62,389 nucleotides of DNA from Candidatus Poribacteria bacterium (GTDB lineage Bacteria; Poribacteria; WGA-4E; WGA-3G). Under the pieces are notes generated by a model. It saw only the letters and a list, made by a program, of their open reading frames with translations. It was not told the DNA's origin and did not search any database. The DNA is taken from positions 1 through 62,389 of the forward strand of contig VXOP01000361.1 of assembly GCA_009839975.1 (NCBI GenBank). Reading direction: 5' to 3'. This document shows positions 54,221-62,389 of this stretch, one piece after another; within the stretch, counting starts at the first letter, position 1, and each line of letters begins with the position of its first letter. Made by a program: the position numbers and the translations under genes.

Positions 54221-55348
54221 TTAGACTTCACCGAATGCGTTTGCGACGAGGACGAGGTCTCGAATGTCAACGATACCATCACCGTTCACATCCGCAACGT
54301 TTTCGCCTACTTGTCCAAATGCGTTTGCGATGAAGACGAGGTCCAAAATGTTGACTGTATTATCGCGATTAACATCTGCAGCGGGCCATCCGACTGACCA
54401 GAGAAGGATTTGCCCATCCGAACCCGCGCTTGCCAACTTCTTACCATCTGGACTAAAGGAGACACTATTAACCCAACCGGTGTGTCCGTGAAGTGTCCGT
54501 AGAGGTTCACCAGTGATGACACTCCATAGACGCACTGTCTGATCACCTGCGCTTGCCAGAATCCGACCATCCGGACGAAACGAGACACTATTAACATCAA
54601 AGGTGTGTCCTTCAAGAGTATGTCGGAGCGTGCCAGTCGCAACATTCCACAGACGCACTGTCTGGTCAAAACCCGCGCTTGCCACAATCAGACCACTCGG
54701 ATTAAAGGCAACACTTAAGACCGAATCGGTGTGTCCTTCAAGGGTATGTCGGAACCTGCCAGACCTGACATCCCATAGAAAAACCCTCCCATCAGCACCT
54801 CCAAGGGCAAGCATTCGACCATCTGGACTAAACGAGACACTTAGGAATTCAATCCCGAACTCGATATTCGCTGAATAACCCCCAGTCGAAACATCCCATA
54901 GATTAATACGATTACCACCCGCGCTCGCCAACGTCTGACCACTCGGATTAAACGAGACACTTGGGGATCCGTAGTGTTCGTCCCGATACCATAGGCGCGT
55001 ACCGGTCGCAATATCCCATAGATAAACCGTCCCGGATGAATCCGCACTTGCTAACTTCGTACTATCCGGATTAAAAGAAATGCTATTGACCAAACCACCT
55101 TCAAGATACACTACCTCTTGATACTTTTCTGTATCGTAGAGCCAAATGCCGCTGTCACTTGCCACCACAAGAAGTTCCCCATCCGGAGAATACGCAATAT
55201 CATTTATGGGTTCTCCCCCCAGATGTGAAAACGCAGTATCCGGCACCTGTCGCTCTTGGGCTAAACTTGGGTGATGTCCGTATAGCGTTAGTCCCAAGCA
55301 TAAGACAATCAGTAAAGATATAATCATATTCAGTTTCATATTCATCAT
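54221..55348 (-). CDS. Secreted WD40 beta-propeller protein with a C-terminal dockerin-like module
   Basis: Signal peptide. About seven WD40 units (SVSFSPDG..LASAG.D.TVRLW.V). C-terminal duplicated DVN.D..V.I.DLV..ANAFG. Confidence 0.75.
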   Translation of the reverse strand: MMNMKLNMIISLLIVLCLGLTLYGHHPSLAQERQVPDTAFSHLGGEPINDIAYSPDGELLVVASDSGIWLYDTEKYQEVVYLEGGLVNSISFNPDSTKLASADSSGTVYLWDIATGTRLWYRDEHYGSPSVSFNPSGQTLASAGGNRINLWDVSTGGYSANIEFGIEFLSVSFSPDGRMLALGGADGRVFLWDVRSGRFRHTLEGHTDSVLSVAFNPSGLIVASAGFDQTVRLWNVATGTLRHTLEGHTFDVNSVSFRPDGRILASAGDQTVRLWSVITGEPLRTLHGHTGWVNSVSFSPDGKKLASAGSDGQILLWSVGWPAADVNRDNTVNILDLVFIANAFGQVGENVADVNGDGIVDIRDLVLVANAFGEV

Positions 55349-55589
55349 AAAATCTCCTCTATTTTTTTCTTATACGTTAGTATAAACATACAATTTTTCT
55401 ATTGTCAAATTAATTTTGGATGTGCATTTATGGTGAATTTATACCAGTCATAATTTTTAGATTTTACGCAGAATTTGACAATATTCTTACAAAATTATGC
55501 GAATTTGTGTAAATTTAAGTTGATTAAAAATTGGATTTAATATTATTATTTAATATGTTTAGGAAGAATTAATATAGTTTTCAGTTAAA

Positions 55590-55641
55590 ATGCCGAAACC
55601 CAAGACAAATGTCTTGGGTCTATAAAAGCAGTGTTCGGCAT
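55590..55641. other. Long hairpin/cruciform in an AT-rich region upstream of the rep-like paralog (origin-like)
   Basis: ATGCCGAA (55590-55597) / TTCGGCAT (55634-55641) enclose ACCCAAGAC-AAAT-GTCTTGGGT (55598-55619). About 250 bp of very AT-rich DNA lies upstream. Confidence 0.4.
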
Positions 55642-55764
55642 GATTTTTGGACAGCAGAGTCTTTAAAATCAAATAGCCTGCATAATAGGCTGTTAAGAGT
55701 ATAACATTTATGATAAAAATAGTCAAATGTATTTTTCACTTTTTTTACTCTTACAGCCTCAAAA

Positions 55765-56847
55765 ATGAGGTTTATTATGTCCGGACAAACGTCAAATACT
55801 TTCAATAAGTTTCATATCAACCTATCGAGTTCAGGTACAAATCCTGCTATTTATGCCAGTTTTTTAGAGTGGGAACCGATTGTCCTGTCTGATTCGTCTA
55901 TATCTGAGGAACATTCAAGCTCTGCTGTTCGTATTCCGTCAATAGTATCTCAAGTTTCAGGTGTATCGGAGGTCCCAGAGATCCAAGAGACGACGCATCA
56001 GGTGCCGTGTGGCAAGCATAGTATATTTGATCCTGATGAGAAAGTGCCTGGTTTTGTGAGAGTTGTTTATCTGCAGATGAACGAACATTCTAACTGGGAG
56101 TCTGGCGTGACGCATGCTTTATCGCTTCGCCATCTTGCTAAATCCGTGAATGTGAAAAACCATTCGCAAGTGCATCGTGCACTGCAATGGCTTATTGAGA
56201 ATGGGTGGATACTAGTTAAGGGAAAACGCAAGTCAGATGGAGCTTACTTCTACCAAATCGTCCATCACAAGTGCGACCCACAGGATGTGCCTGTTGACCG
56301 AGATGGAAGACCGCAGAAATGTGCCGTGCCAACGGGACCAGGATCACCAAGCCAACTACTCGCTGAAGGAAAAATAACTTGGAGGGTATTTCTGGATTGG
56401 ACAGTCCGAAAAATACATTCGTGTTGGACATCCGGAATCGCTAAAATGGCAGTCCGAGATACAGCTAAACTCGCAAAACTTAGTGTCAAGACCATAGCCA
56501 AAAATGCTAAGAAAATGATGGAAATCGGGCTGTTGAAACGGTTGTCCCCAAAGTTTAGACTCTCCGAGTATCAAATGTTCCCAAAACCTTATACAAATAG
56601 AAGGGAACGAACACCTGAGCCGTGTGCAAGCAAAAAAGCTATGAAATGCATCAACGGATGGTATTATAGCTACAATGGACTGTGGCGATTTCATAAGCAA
56701 ACTTTCCACATAAAAATGCAGGAACACGGAGGCAGATGGAGAGATAGCAACTCCGAAGAACTCGCTAACATAAATAGAAGTATATATAAAGACTTCTGTC
56801 AGTATATGCAAAGACTCGCGCGATTACCAAAGACGGCTTCACCCTGA
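55765..56847 (+). CDS. Rep-like double winged-helix protein (divergent paralog of the 370-aa family)
   Basis: Shares YQIVHHKCDPQDVPVDRDGRPQKCAVP (compare YQIVHHNCDRDDVPTDKNGNPLKFAIP), ..W......W......SG......LAKLSVKTIAKNAKKMMEIGLLKRLS and MFPKPY. Confidence 0.6.
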   Translation: MRFIMSGQTSNTFNKFHINLSSSGTNPAIYASFLEWEPIVLSDSSISEEHSSSAVRIPSIVSQVSGVSEVPEIQETTHQVPCGKHSIFDPDEKVPGFVRVVYLQMNEHSNWESGVTHALSLRHLAKSVNVKNHSQVHRALQWLIENGWILVKGKRKSDGAYFYQIVHHKCDPQDVPVDRDGRPQKCAVPTGPGSPSQLLAEGKITWRVFLDWTVRKIHSCWTSGIAKMAVRDTAKLAKLSVKTIAKNAKKMMEIGLLKRLSPKFRLSEYQMFPKPYTNRRERTPEPCASKKAMKCINGWYYSYNGLWRFHKQTFHIKMQEHGGRWRDSNSEELANINRSIYKDFCQYMQRLARLPKTASP

Positions 56848-56898
56848 ACTTGCTTCAACTGTTTAACTGTGCCCCGCGGTGCTAAGTAAAATAATATA

Positions 56899-56963
56899 GG
56901 TGGTCGCAAACACAACATGTGGATGGTCACAAAGACGACATGGGACGGTCACATATCATACAT
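56899..56963 (+). repeat. Three tandem ~22-bp iteron-like repeats just downstream of the rep-like paralog
   Basis: GGTGGTCGCAAACACAACATG / TGGATGGTCACAAAGACGACATG / GGACGGTCACATATCATACATG. Confidence 0.7.
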
Positions 56964-57193
56964 GCCGACTGACAGGTTTCACCAACAATTTCTGAAAAAT
57001 AACCAATTCTTAGCAAATACGCTAAAAAAACTTTAGCATAGTCCGCACAAAACAAAAATCTTACTGTCCCAGCTCGTAGTCAAATACAGAGTTGCAAAAT
57101 AGGTATATACAGCGAATGTGTAGAAGACGTGATATTCAAGAGACGAAATAAAAAACAGAACAGATTTATGTAATCATATTTTTTATATTATCG

Positions 57194-57282
57194 TATTATA
57201 TGTATACATATAATATGTATATAAGTAAAAAGTTATATTTTATATTTTACAAATAAAAAGTTATGTATTATATTTTACAACA
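57194..57282. repeat. parS/operator-like region: 22-bp perfect palindrome plus two ~27-bp direct repeats
   Basis: TATTATATGTA|TACATATAATA (57194-57215). AAAAGTTATATTTTATATTTTACAAAT and AAAAGTTATGTATTATATTTTACAACA immediately precede parA. Confidence 0.6.
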
Positions 57283-57293
57283 GAGGTGGTATT

Positions 57294-57938
57294 ATGAAAA
57301 CCTTAGCGATATTGTCTGGTAAAGGTGGAGCTGGCAAGACGACCCTTGCTGTGCATTTAGCAGTTGCTGCGGAACAGGCGGGTCATTCTACTGCTGTGAT
57401 AGATCTGGATCCGCAAGCGAGCGCGTTTTCTTGGAAGTCTACGCGTGTTGCTGACAAAGAGACACCGGTAGTTATTTCGGCACATTCGGCGCGTTTGTTA
57501 GAGATACTGGATACTGCTAGGGACGAGGGTGTTGATTTGACGATAATTGATACGGCACCGCATGCTGAGACGCCAGCGTTGGCAGCGGCGCGTGCTGCGT
57601 CTTTAGTGCTGATCCCGTGCCGTCCTGCAATCTTTGATTTGCGTTCTATCAAGACAACAATAGACATCACGCGTCTGGCTCAAGTGCCTTCAATGGTTGT
57701 GCTGAATGCGGTGCCAGCTCGCGGTAAACGCACGGCAGAAGCGCGGCGTGCCATCGCGACGTATAATGTCCCTTGCGCTCCTTTTGAGTTAGGCAATCGC
57801 GTTGCGTTTGTCAGTGCTGTGACATCCGGACAAACAGCACAAGAAACCGATCCCAGAGGAAAAGCCTCACAAGAAGTATTATCACTTTATACACACATCA
57901 CTAAACACATAGGAGTACTTTCTAATGGCAAAGAATAA
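57294..57938 (+). CDS. parA: ParA-family partition ATPase
   Basis: Deviant Walker A: LSGKGGAGKTT. 214 aa (small type Ib-like ParA). Confidence 0.85.
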   Translation: MKTLAILSGKGGAGKTTLAVHLAVAAEQAGHSTAVIDLDPQASAFSWKSTRVADKETPVVISAHSARLLEILDTARDEGVDLTIIDTAPHAETPALAAARAASLVLIPCRPAIFDLRSIKTTIDITRLAQVPSMVVLNAVPARGKRTAEARRAIATYNVPCAPFELGNRVAFVSAVTSGQTAQETDPRGKASQEVLSLYTHITKHIGVLSNGKE

Positions 57939-58200
57939 CATGGCACTTGAAGAGGCTTTAAACCAATCAGCAGGCACAACTTCACGCGATAAAGATAGAC
58001 CCACGACTACAAGGTGTGCAGCACGGCAAGACAAAAAATTGATTGGGGGTCATTTTGACACAGACGTGCATAAGCAGCTAAAGATGATGTCTTTTGAAGA
58101 AGAATGTAGTATTCAATCGCTGCTTGGCGAGGCATTGGATTACCTATTTATCAATAGGGGTAAACCCCCGATCGCAAGTAGGAACAGGCGCAATAGGTGA
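57925..58200 (+). CDS. Ribbon-helix-helix (ParG/CopG-like) partition/repressor protein
   Basis: Overlaps the parA 3' end. The C-terminal KLIGGHFDTDVHKQLKMMSFEEECSIQSLLGEALDYL fits a beta-alpha-alpha RHH fold. Confidence 0.6.
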   Translation: MAKNNMALEEALNQSAGTTSRDKDRPTTTRCAARQDKKLIGGHFDTDVHKQLKMMSFEEECSIQSLLGEALDYLFINRGKPPIASRNRRNR

Positions 58201-58336
58201 ACGCAACGTATACACATACACAGATACCACTGCTAAGCCGAATACACTCTACTCTTATCAGATAGAAGATGTATCGCATGCAGGGGTTGAACAACTGTTC
58301 GAACAAGAGGACTCATTTCACCCCGCGGGAAGTTGA
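58181..58336 (+). pseudogene. 3' remnant of a surface-protein gene (C-terminal domain as in 843..5027)
   Basis: GERNVYTYTDTTAKPNTLYSYQIEDVSHAG matches AERNTYKWVDTTAKPGAVYYYQIEDVSFAG. No upstream coding continuation. Confidence 0.7.
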
Positions 58337-58384
58337 CAACACGCTGGGCAGATTTGAAGGCATTGGATTGAAAGGAATGTCAAT

Positions 58385-58762
58385 ATGAATCGTTTGTGCA
58401 TTTTGTTTTTTTGTTGTGCTCTGTGTTTGTCTGGGGGCTGTTCTGACAGACTGTCGGGAAATGACCTGGGCATTGTGTGGGTCATGTATGATTTTGTTGC
58501 TACCAGCGATGACGGTGTCCCTGTGGATGTTGTGAATGCGTTTCTTTCGCAGGAAGGGTATACGCCACAGGTCATACAAACGTATTACCTAACAAGACGC
58601 TCAGTGCAGCGAATATACCTTGGAACAGATGTGGATCCGTCTCCACTGCTCAGCGGGCTCCGGAAACTCCCCGGCGTTCTTTTAGTAGAACTTGATATGG
58701 ACACAGGAGGATTTAGTGATGATCCAGCCGCAGCATACTTTGATGAATTGATTGTTGATTAA
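58385..58762 (+). CDS. Small lipoprotein
   Basis: Signal peptide with CLSGGC lipobox-like sequence. Confidence 0.5.
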   Translation: MNRLCILFFCCALCLSGGCSDRLSGNDLGIVWVMYDFVATSDDGVPVDVVNAFLSQEGYTPQVIQTYYLTRRSVQRIYLGTDVDPSPLLSGLRKLPGVLLVELDMDTGGFSDDPAAAYFDELIVD

Positions 58763-58974
58763 TGATATGTTTTCAACTCATATTGATCTCAGCAACACAC
58801 AGCGGACAGACTACGCTTTATATTTGATCAGAGTCTCAAACTCTGGCATGTGCTAAATGATTGGCACGAACAAAAGAAAAAGTGGCGACAAGAAACGGAA
58901 CGTATACGACAGAATATGACGCATTATGGGAAGGGGATCCAACGATGAAAATAAGAAACTTATGGAGCAAATAA

Positions 58975-60090
58975 ATGAACAGAAAAATATATTTATGGAT
59001 GGTTGTGTTTGCCGTTCTATGTGTTAGTATTGGCGTATTGCTATTCACACGGAACTGGAACACGGAAAAAGAAAATGAATTGGGTATACCAGATATACCT
59101 TCATCCTTTAATCAGGCTCAAATAGAAGGAGCTATGTTGCTAAAATCCGCTATACATTGGTATGATCAACATCGTGACAAGGACGATCTTAGGATTTATT
59201 TTCAAGAGTTGTTAGATTTTGTGGGCAAAATTTCTAATATGTTTAGATTTGTTATTATAATTACAGATGAAAATTATGATGTGATCGTAGATGGAGGTGC
59301 TAATCCTGACGATTATCGTAATCCTGGCATACTCGGTAGGGATATGATCATAAATGATGATAACCTGAAAGATGGTTTATTAAAACTTTACAGACATTTG
59401 GATAAATCTGAAATTGACAGAAACCTTTTTAGTGAATTAGACAAATTTATTGTGTCGCCTCAAGATAGAAATGACACATGGTTGACATTCTATTTTGATA
59501 TGGCAATGAAGGTGAGAGAAGTTCCACCAGAAGAGTTTATGGCTGATATGATGAAAATCAACTTTTTAGGTGTATGGTATGATAACAAATTTTTTATAAC
59601 TGTTTTCGAGACCAGAATACCTTATTATTATCGTCTCACCAAGAATGGTAACGACATAAATAATTGGAACGATGCAGTTAAGTATTCAGATGATGTTTTA
59701 TCAGGTGTGAATGTTGATGTATTGCCGTATACTAGTTCTATTGATGACGGCAAAAAACTTGTCGTCACAGTAACAATTTTGGATAAAGTCCAATTATATA
59801 AGCATGATTCAAATGTGTTTATAGATCGTAGTAGTCAAAATCCTGAGAATATTTATTTGCGTGTATTTTTGCTGACGGATGATGGCAATTTAGTTTCTCA
59901 CTATTATGATTTCTATAAACTACACAAAATTGATGATAAAGATACTTGGAAGATTGAAGTACCCGTTTTAAATGATAAGAATTATCTTTTAGAGATAAAA
60001 ACGAACTTAAAGGTGAAAATCATCATGAACAATAAGCCCGAAGAAGGCCTGATGCCAGTGGGTGTTGCCGTATATAAGTCAATTAGGTAA
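58975..60090 (+). CDS. Membrane-anchored hypothetical protein
   Basis: N-terminal TM helix. No recognisable motif. Confidence 0.5.
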   Translation: MNRKIYLWMVVFAVLCVSIGVLLFTRNWNTEKENELGIPDIPSSFNQAQIEGAMLLKSAIHWYDQHRDKDDLRIYFQELLDFVGKISNMFRFVIIITDENYDVIVDGGANPDDYRNPGILGRDMIINDDNLKDGLLKLYRHLDKSEIDRNLFSELDKFIVSPQDRNDTWLTFYFDMAMKVREVPPEEFMADMMKINFLGVWYDNKFFITVFETRIPYYYRLTKNGNDINNWNDAVKYSDDVLSGVNVDVLPYTSSIDDGKKLVVTVTILDKVQLYKHDSNVFIDRSSQNPENIYLRVFLLTDDGNLVSHYYDFYKLHKIDDKDTWKIEVPVLNDKNYLLEIKTNLKVKIIMNNKPEEGLMPVGVAVYKSIR

Positions 60091-60398
60091 TGTTCGTTAT
60101 ATAGTTCCCACAACCGTTGTGGAGATTTTTGAACGTGTCGTATCAGGTTTACAACAATAGGGTTATTGTCGTTATAGGTAACGCGATGAGAGCCAAATCT
60201 ATTGCACGCGTAAAAAGAAAATGCACCTCCACCGCCAAAAACGTCACAAATATGACAGGCAAGGTTATCAGGTATTATTTTATCAAAAATATCACTGAAA
60301 CCTGCTTTGCATCCGATGTAAGGAATTATCTTTAGATCCGTGCGCTTATTTTTTACAAAAAACTCGGATTGCTGTATACTCACCTCGCCTTTATTCAT
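60090..60398 (-). pseudogene. N-terminal remnant of a Dam-family (D12 class) DNA adenine methyltransferase
   Basis: IPYIGCKAGF....IIP......CDVFGGGGAFSF.......VTYNDNNPIVVNL contains the Dam N-terminal and motif I region. The catalytic DPPY part is absent, and the ORF tail runs antisense into 58975..60090. Confidence 0.6.
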
Positions 60399-60610
60399 TT
60401 CATCAATCCTTTTGTTGTATACATATCGTGTATTTTTATAGCATACGACATCTTTCAGTCTTTTATCGCTGTTTGATTCACGTTTTAAGCGTGTTTCGCC
60501 ACAGTCACGCTGCCCGTGTAAAAAGGGTGATTGAGACCATCAGCAAGGTTGCTGAAGTTTACACGTCTCAATCAGTGACTGATATAGAATACCACATATT
60601 TCTAACAAAA

Positions 60611-60713
60611 TCAAGGTGTTTATTGGCATACAATAGGATCCGTCAAGGTGTTTATTGTTTTTCGTTGATATTTTGTAGTAAGTATTGACATGTTCGGCAA
60701 TCTCAATTATTAT
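60611..60713 (+). promoter_or_regulatory. Promoter (TTGACA-17-TATTAT) preceded by two 15-bp direct repeats
   Basis: TCAAGGTGTTTATTG at 60611-60625 and 60643-60657. TTGACA 60685-60690, TATTAT 60708-60713. Confidence 0.4.
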
Positions 60714-60789
60714 ATATATTAGACAATGAAACAATTCCAATAAGTTTGTTTGATAATGAGGTTGAACAACAGATACATAATACAAAGAT

Positions 60790-62328
60790 ATGGACTATGT
60801 TTTTCTTGGCGGTGCGGGTGAAGTTGGCGGTAGTTGCATGCTTTTATCTGTATCGGATCGTCATTACCTTTTTGATTGTGGCATTCGCGTGAATAGGACA
60901 GGTGCTGAATCTTTGCCAGATTTGAAGCTTTTAAAAGAGAGAGTGCCAACGTTAGATGGTATTTTTGTTTCTCATGCACATGCGGATCATATCGGTGCTT
61001 TACCTTTGGCACATGCAGCATTTCCAAAAGCTCCGATCTATGCAACGGAGCCGACACGGCACTTAGGTGCTGTGATGTTGAATAATGCTGTTAGTCTGAT
61101 GGAATCAGAAACGGATGGATCTCTGTTCACACAAGAGGCTGTAGAAGCAACACTCGGTAAGATGCGCGTGTTTTCTGTCGGCAGTTGGCATCAGTTAGCT
61201 GAAGGTATCCGTGTTCTGTTTATTCGTTCTGGTCATATTCTGGGTGCGGTCTGTATTTATTTAGAGACACCAGATGGCACATTTTTCTATAGCGGTGATG
61301 TTTCATCATTTCATCAAAAGACAATTGATGGTCTTGATACTTCATTATTACGGGTCTCACCAGATTTTATGGTTTGTGAGGGGACTTACGGTGATAGCGT
61401 GCATCCGTCTCGTTCTGTGGAGGAGATGAATTTAGCGAAATCTGTTGCGGAAGTGATTAGTGATGGTGGGAGTGTGTTGATACCAAGTTTTGCCTTAGGT
61501 CGTGCTCAGGAGATTATTCTGATCTTGAAACAGGCGATGCTGAATAAAGTTATACCGAAGTTTCCAGTTGTAACGGATGGGTTGGTGAATTCTATTTGTT
61601 CTGTTTATGCTTCTATGCCGGAGGCACTTGGTGGTAAAATTCAGAACTATATGAAGCATGCGCAGCAGCCGTTATTTTTCTCTGAATACATTCGTGCTGC
61701 GCGCATGGGTGAACAGGAAGTGATTCTGAAAGAGGGTGTGCCGAAATGTATTATTGCAAGTTCTGGCATGTTGATGGGCGGTGCCTCGGTCACTTATGCC
61801 AAAGGTTTGTGTGGTGATCCGAAGAATGCGATTTTCCTATCAGGTTATCAAGATGCGGAGTCACCGGGTCGGCGTTTGCAGGAGCTTGAAAGCGGAGATC
61901 GGCTTGTATTTCCCGATGGTGTCCCGTCTGAAGTAAAATGCCGTGTGGCGCGTTTTCATCTTTCAGCCCATAGCGACCAGGGACAGCTGGTATCGTTTAT
62001 CAAACAGGTAAATCCGAAATCAGTGGCATTGGTTCACGGAGAAATAGATACGTTATCCCAGTTGCGTGACAAGTTGATGAAGGCGTTTCCAGTATTATGT
62101 CCTCAGAATGGACAGATGTTGTCAGCGACAGATAATCCTGTCTGGTTGCCACCTTCGACGCGAGAACGTATCAATCGTAAAATAGCAGTAGATTTCGATG
62201 TCCAGATAACAGGCAACAAAATGAATTTAGATATATCAAACCTTGATGCTGATAGATGGAACGATTTTTGTATGGGAGACCACGTGGCTACGTTGAAAGG
62301 AGAAAAGTTGATTATCCGTAAAAAGTGA
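60790..62328 (+). CDS. Metallo-beta-lactamase-fold beta-CASP nuclease (RNase J/CPSF-like)
   Basis: HAHADHIGALP (HxHxDH motif), later SGHILGA and SAHSDQ..L. About 80 aa of C-terminal extension. Confidence 0.75.
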   Translation: MDYVFLGGAGEVGGSCMLLSVSDRHYLFDCGIRVNRTGAESLPDLKLLKERVPTLDGIFVSHAHADHIGALPLAHAAFPKAPIYATEPTRHLGAVMLNNAVSLMESETDGSLFTQEAVEATLGKMRVFSVGSWHQLAEGIRVLFIRSGHILGAVCIYLETPDGTFFYSGDVSSFHQKTIDGLDTSLLRVSPDFMVCEGTYGDSVHPSRSVEEMNLAKSVAEVISDGGSVLIPSFALGRAQEIILILKQAMLNKVIPKFPVVTDGLVNSICSVYASMPEALGGKIQNYMKHAQQPLFFSEYIRAARMGEQEVILKEGVPKCIIASSGMLMGGASVTYAKGLCGDPKNAIFLSGYQDAESPGRRLQELESGDRLVFPDGVPSEVKCRVARFHLSAHSDQGQLVSFIKQVNPKSVALVHGEIDTLSQLRDKLMKAFPVLCPQNGQMLSATDNPVWLPPSTRERINRKIAVDFDVQITGNKMNLDISNLDADRWNDFCMGDHVATLKGEKLIIRKK

Positions 62329-62389
62329 GTCTGTCCGATAGAATTAACCTATATATTTCCGTGCAAATGTGTCCATTGCACTTCTTTAT

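Noticed and set aside
58800-58960. Short frame encoding LWHVLNDWHEQKKKWRQETERIRQNMTHYGKG, reminiscent of the coiled-coil families.
   Set aside because: It is too short, has no start or RBS, and its similarity to the CC proteins is only compositional.

Overview
This 62.4-kb window is bacterial DNA of moderate AT content. The source is probably an uncultivated diderm. The evidence is an outer-membrane beta-barrel porin ending in Phe, T9SS/FlgD-Ig-like C-terminal sorting tails, and many eukaryote-like surface proteins with LTD, cadherin, LRR, TPR or WD40-dockerin domains.

Only the left ~8.6 kb looks like ordinary chromosome. It holds an LTD surface protein, a porin and a BCCT osmolyte transporter. 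The rest is a mosaic of plasmid- and phage-like accessory modules with heavy internal repetition.

1. Rep-like family. There are three copies of a double winged-helix, Rep-like gene plus its control region: a truncated copy at 8.65-9.1 kb and two complete copies at 12.2-13.9 kb (+) and 31.1-32.8 kb (-). A divergent paralog sits at 55.8 kb and is followed by parA and a ParG-like gene. The two complete copies form inward-facing 1.6-kb inverted repeats around a 17-kb cargo. Each copy has a predicted countertranscript RNA in its leader and 21-22-bp iteron-like repeats at or just past its 3' end.

2. Cargo of the inverted repeats. It contains a DnaB-N/AAA helicase beside a GGTAAC repeat cluster, two paralogous beta-class DNA methyltransferase-HNH fusions, a separate HNH protein, a DUF1874-like protein and a Cre-like tyrosine recombinase. 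It also carries three copies of a 25-bp lox-like palindrome, a 2,171-aa LRR/cadherin adhesin, and a divergent STAS / sigma-70-family gene pair.

3. Second sigma module. A second STAS/sigma pair at 40.8-41.9 kb is followed by a two-gene cassette of membrane-anchored coiled-coil proteins. That cassette is paralogous to one at 9.7-11.75 kb. Two long conserved leader RNAs driven by perfect TTGACA-17-TATAAT promoters (about 12.17 kb on the minus strand and 38.1 kb on the plus strand) precede related membrane-protein operons.

4. Other content:
- a TPR / double-vWA operon
- decayed copies of the recombinase and other genes
- a T5orf172-like protein
- a metzincin
- an FRG-TPR protein flanked by REP-like direct repeats
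- a 1,198-aa type IIG/Eco57I-like methyltransferase with a probable 3' frameshift
- a Dam remnant
- a beta-CASP MBL nuclease

I found no rRNA, tRNA or CRISPR array. All functional calls rest on motif recognition by eye. No database search was possible.
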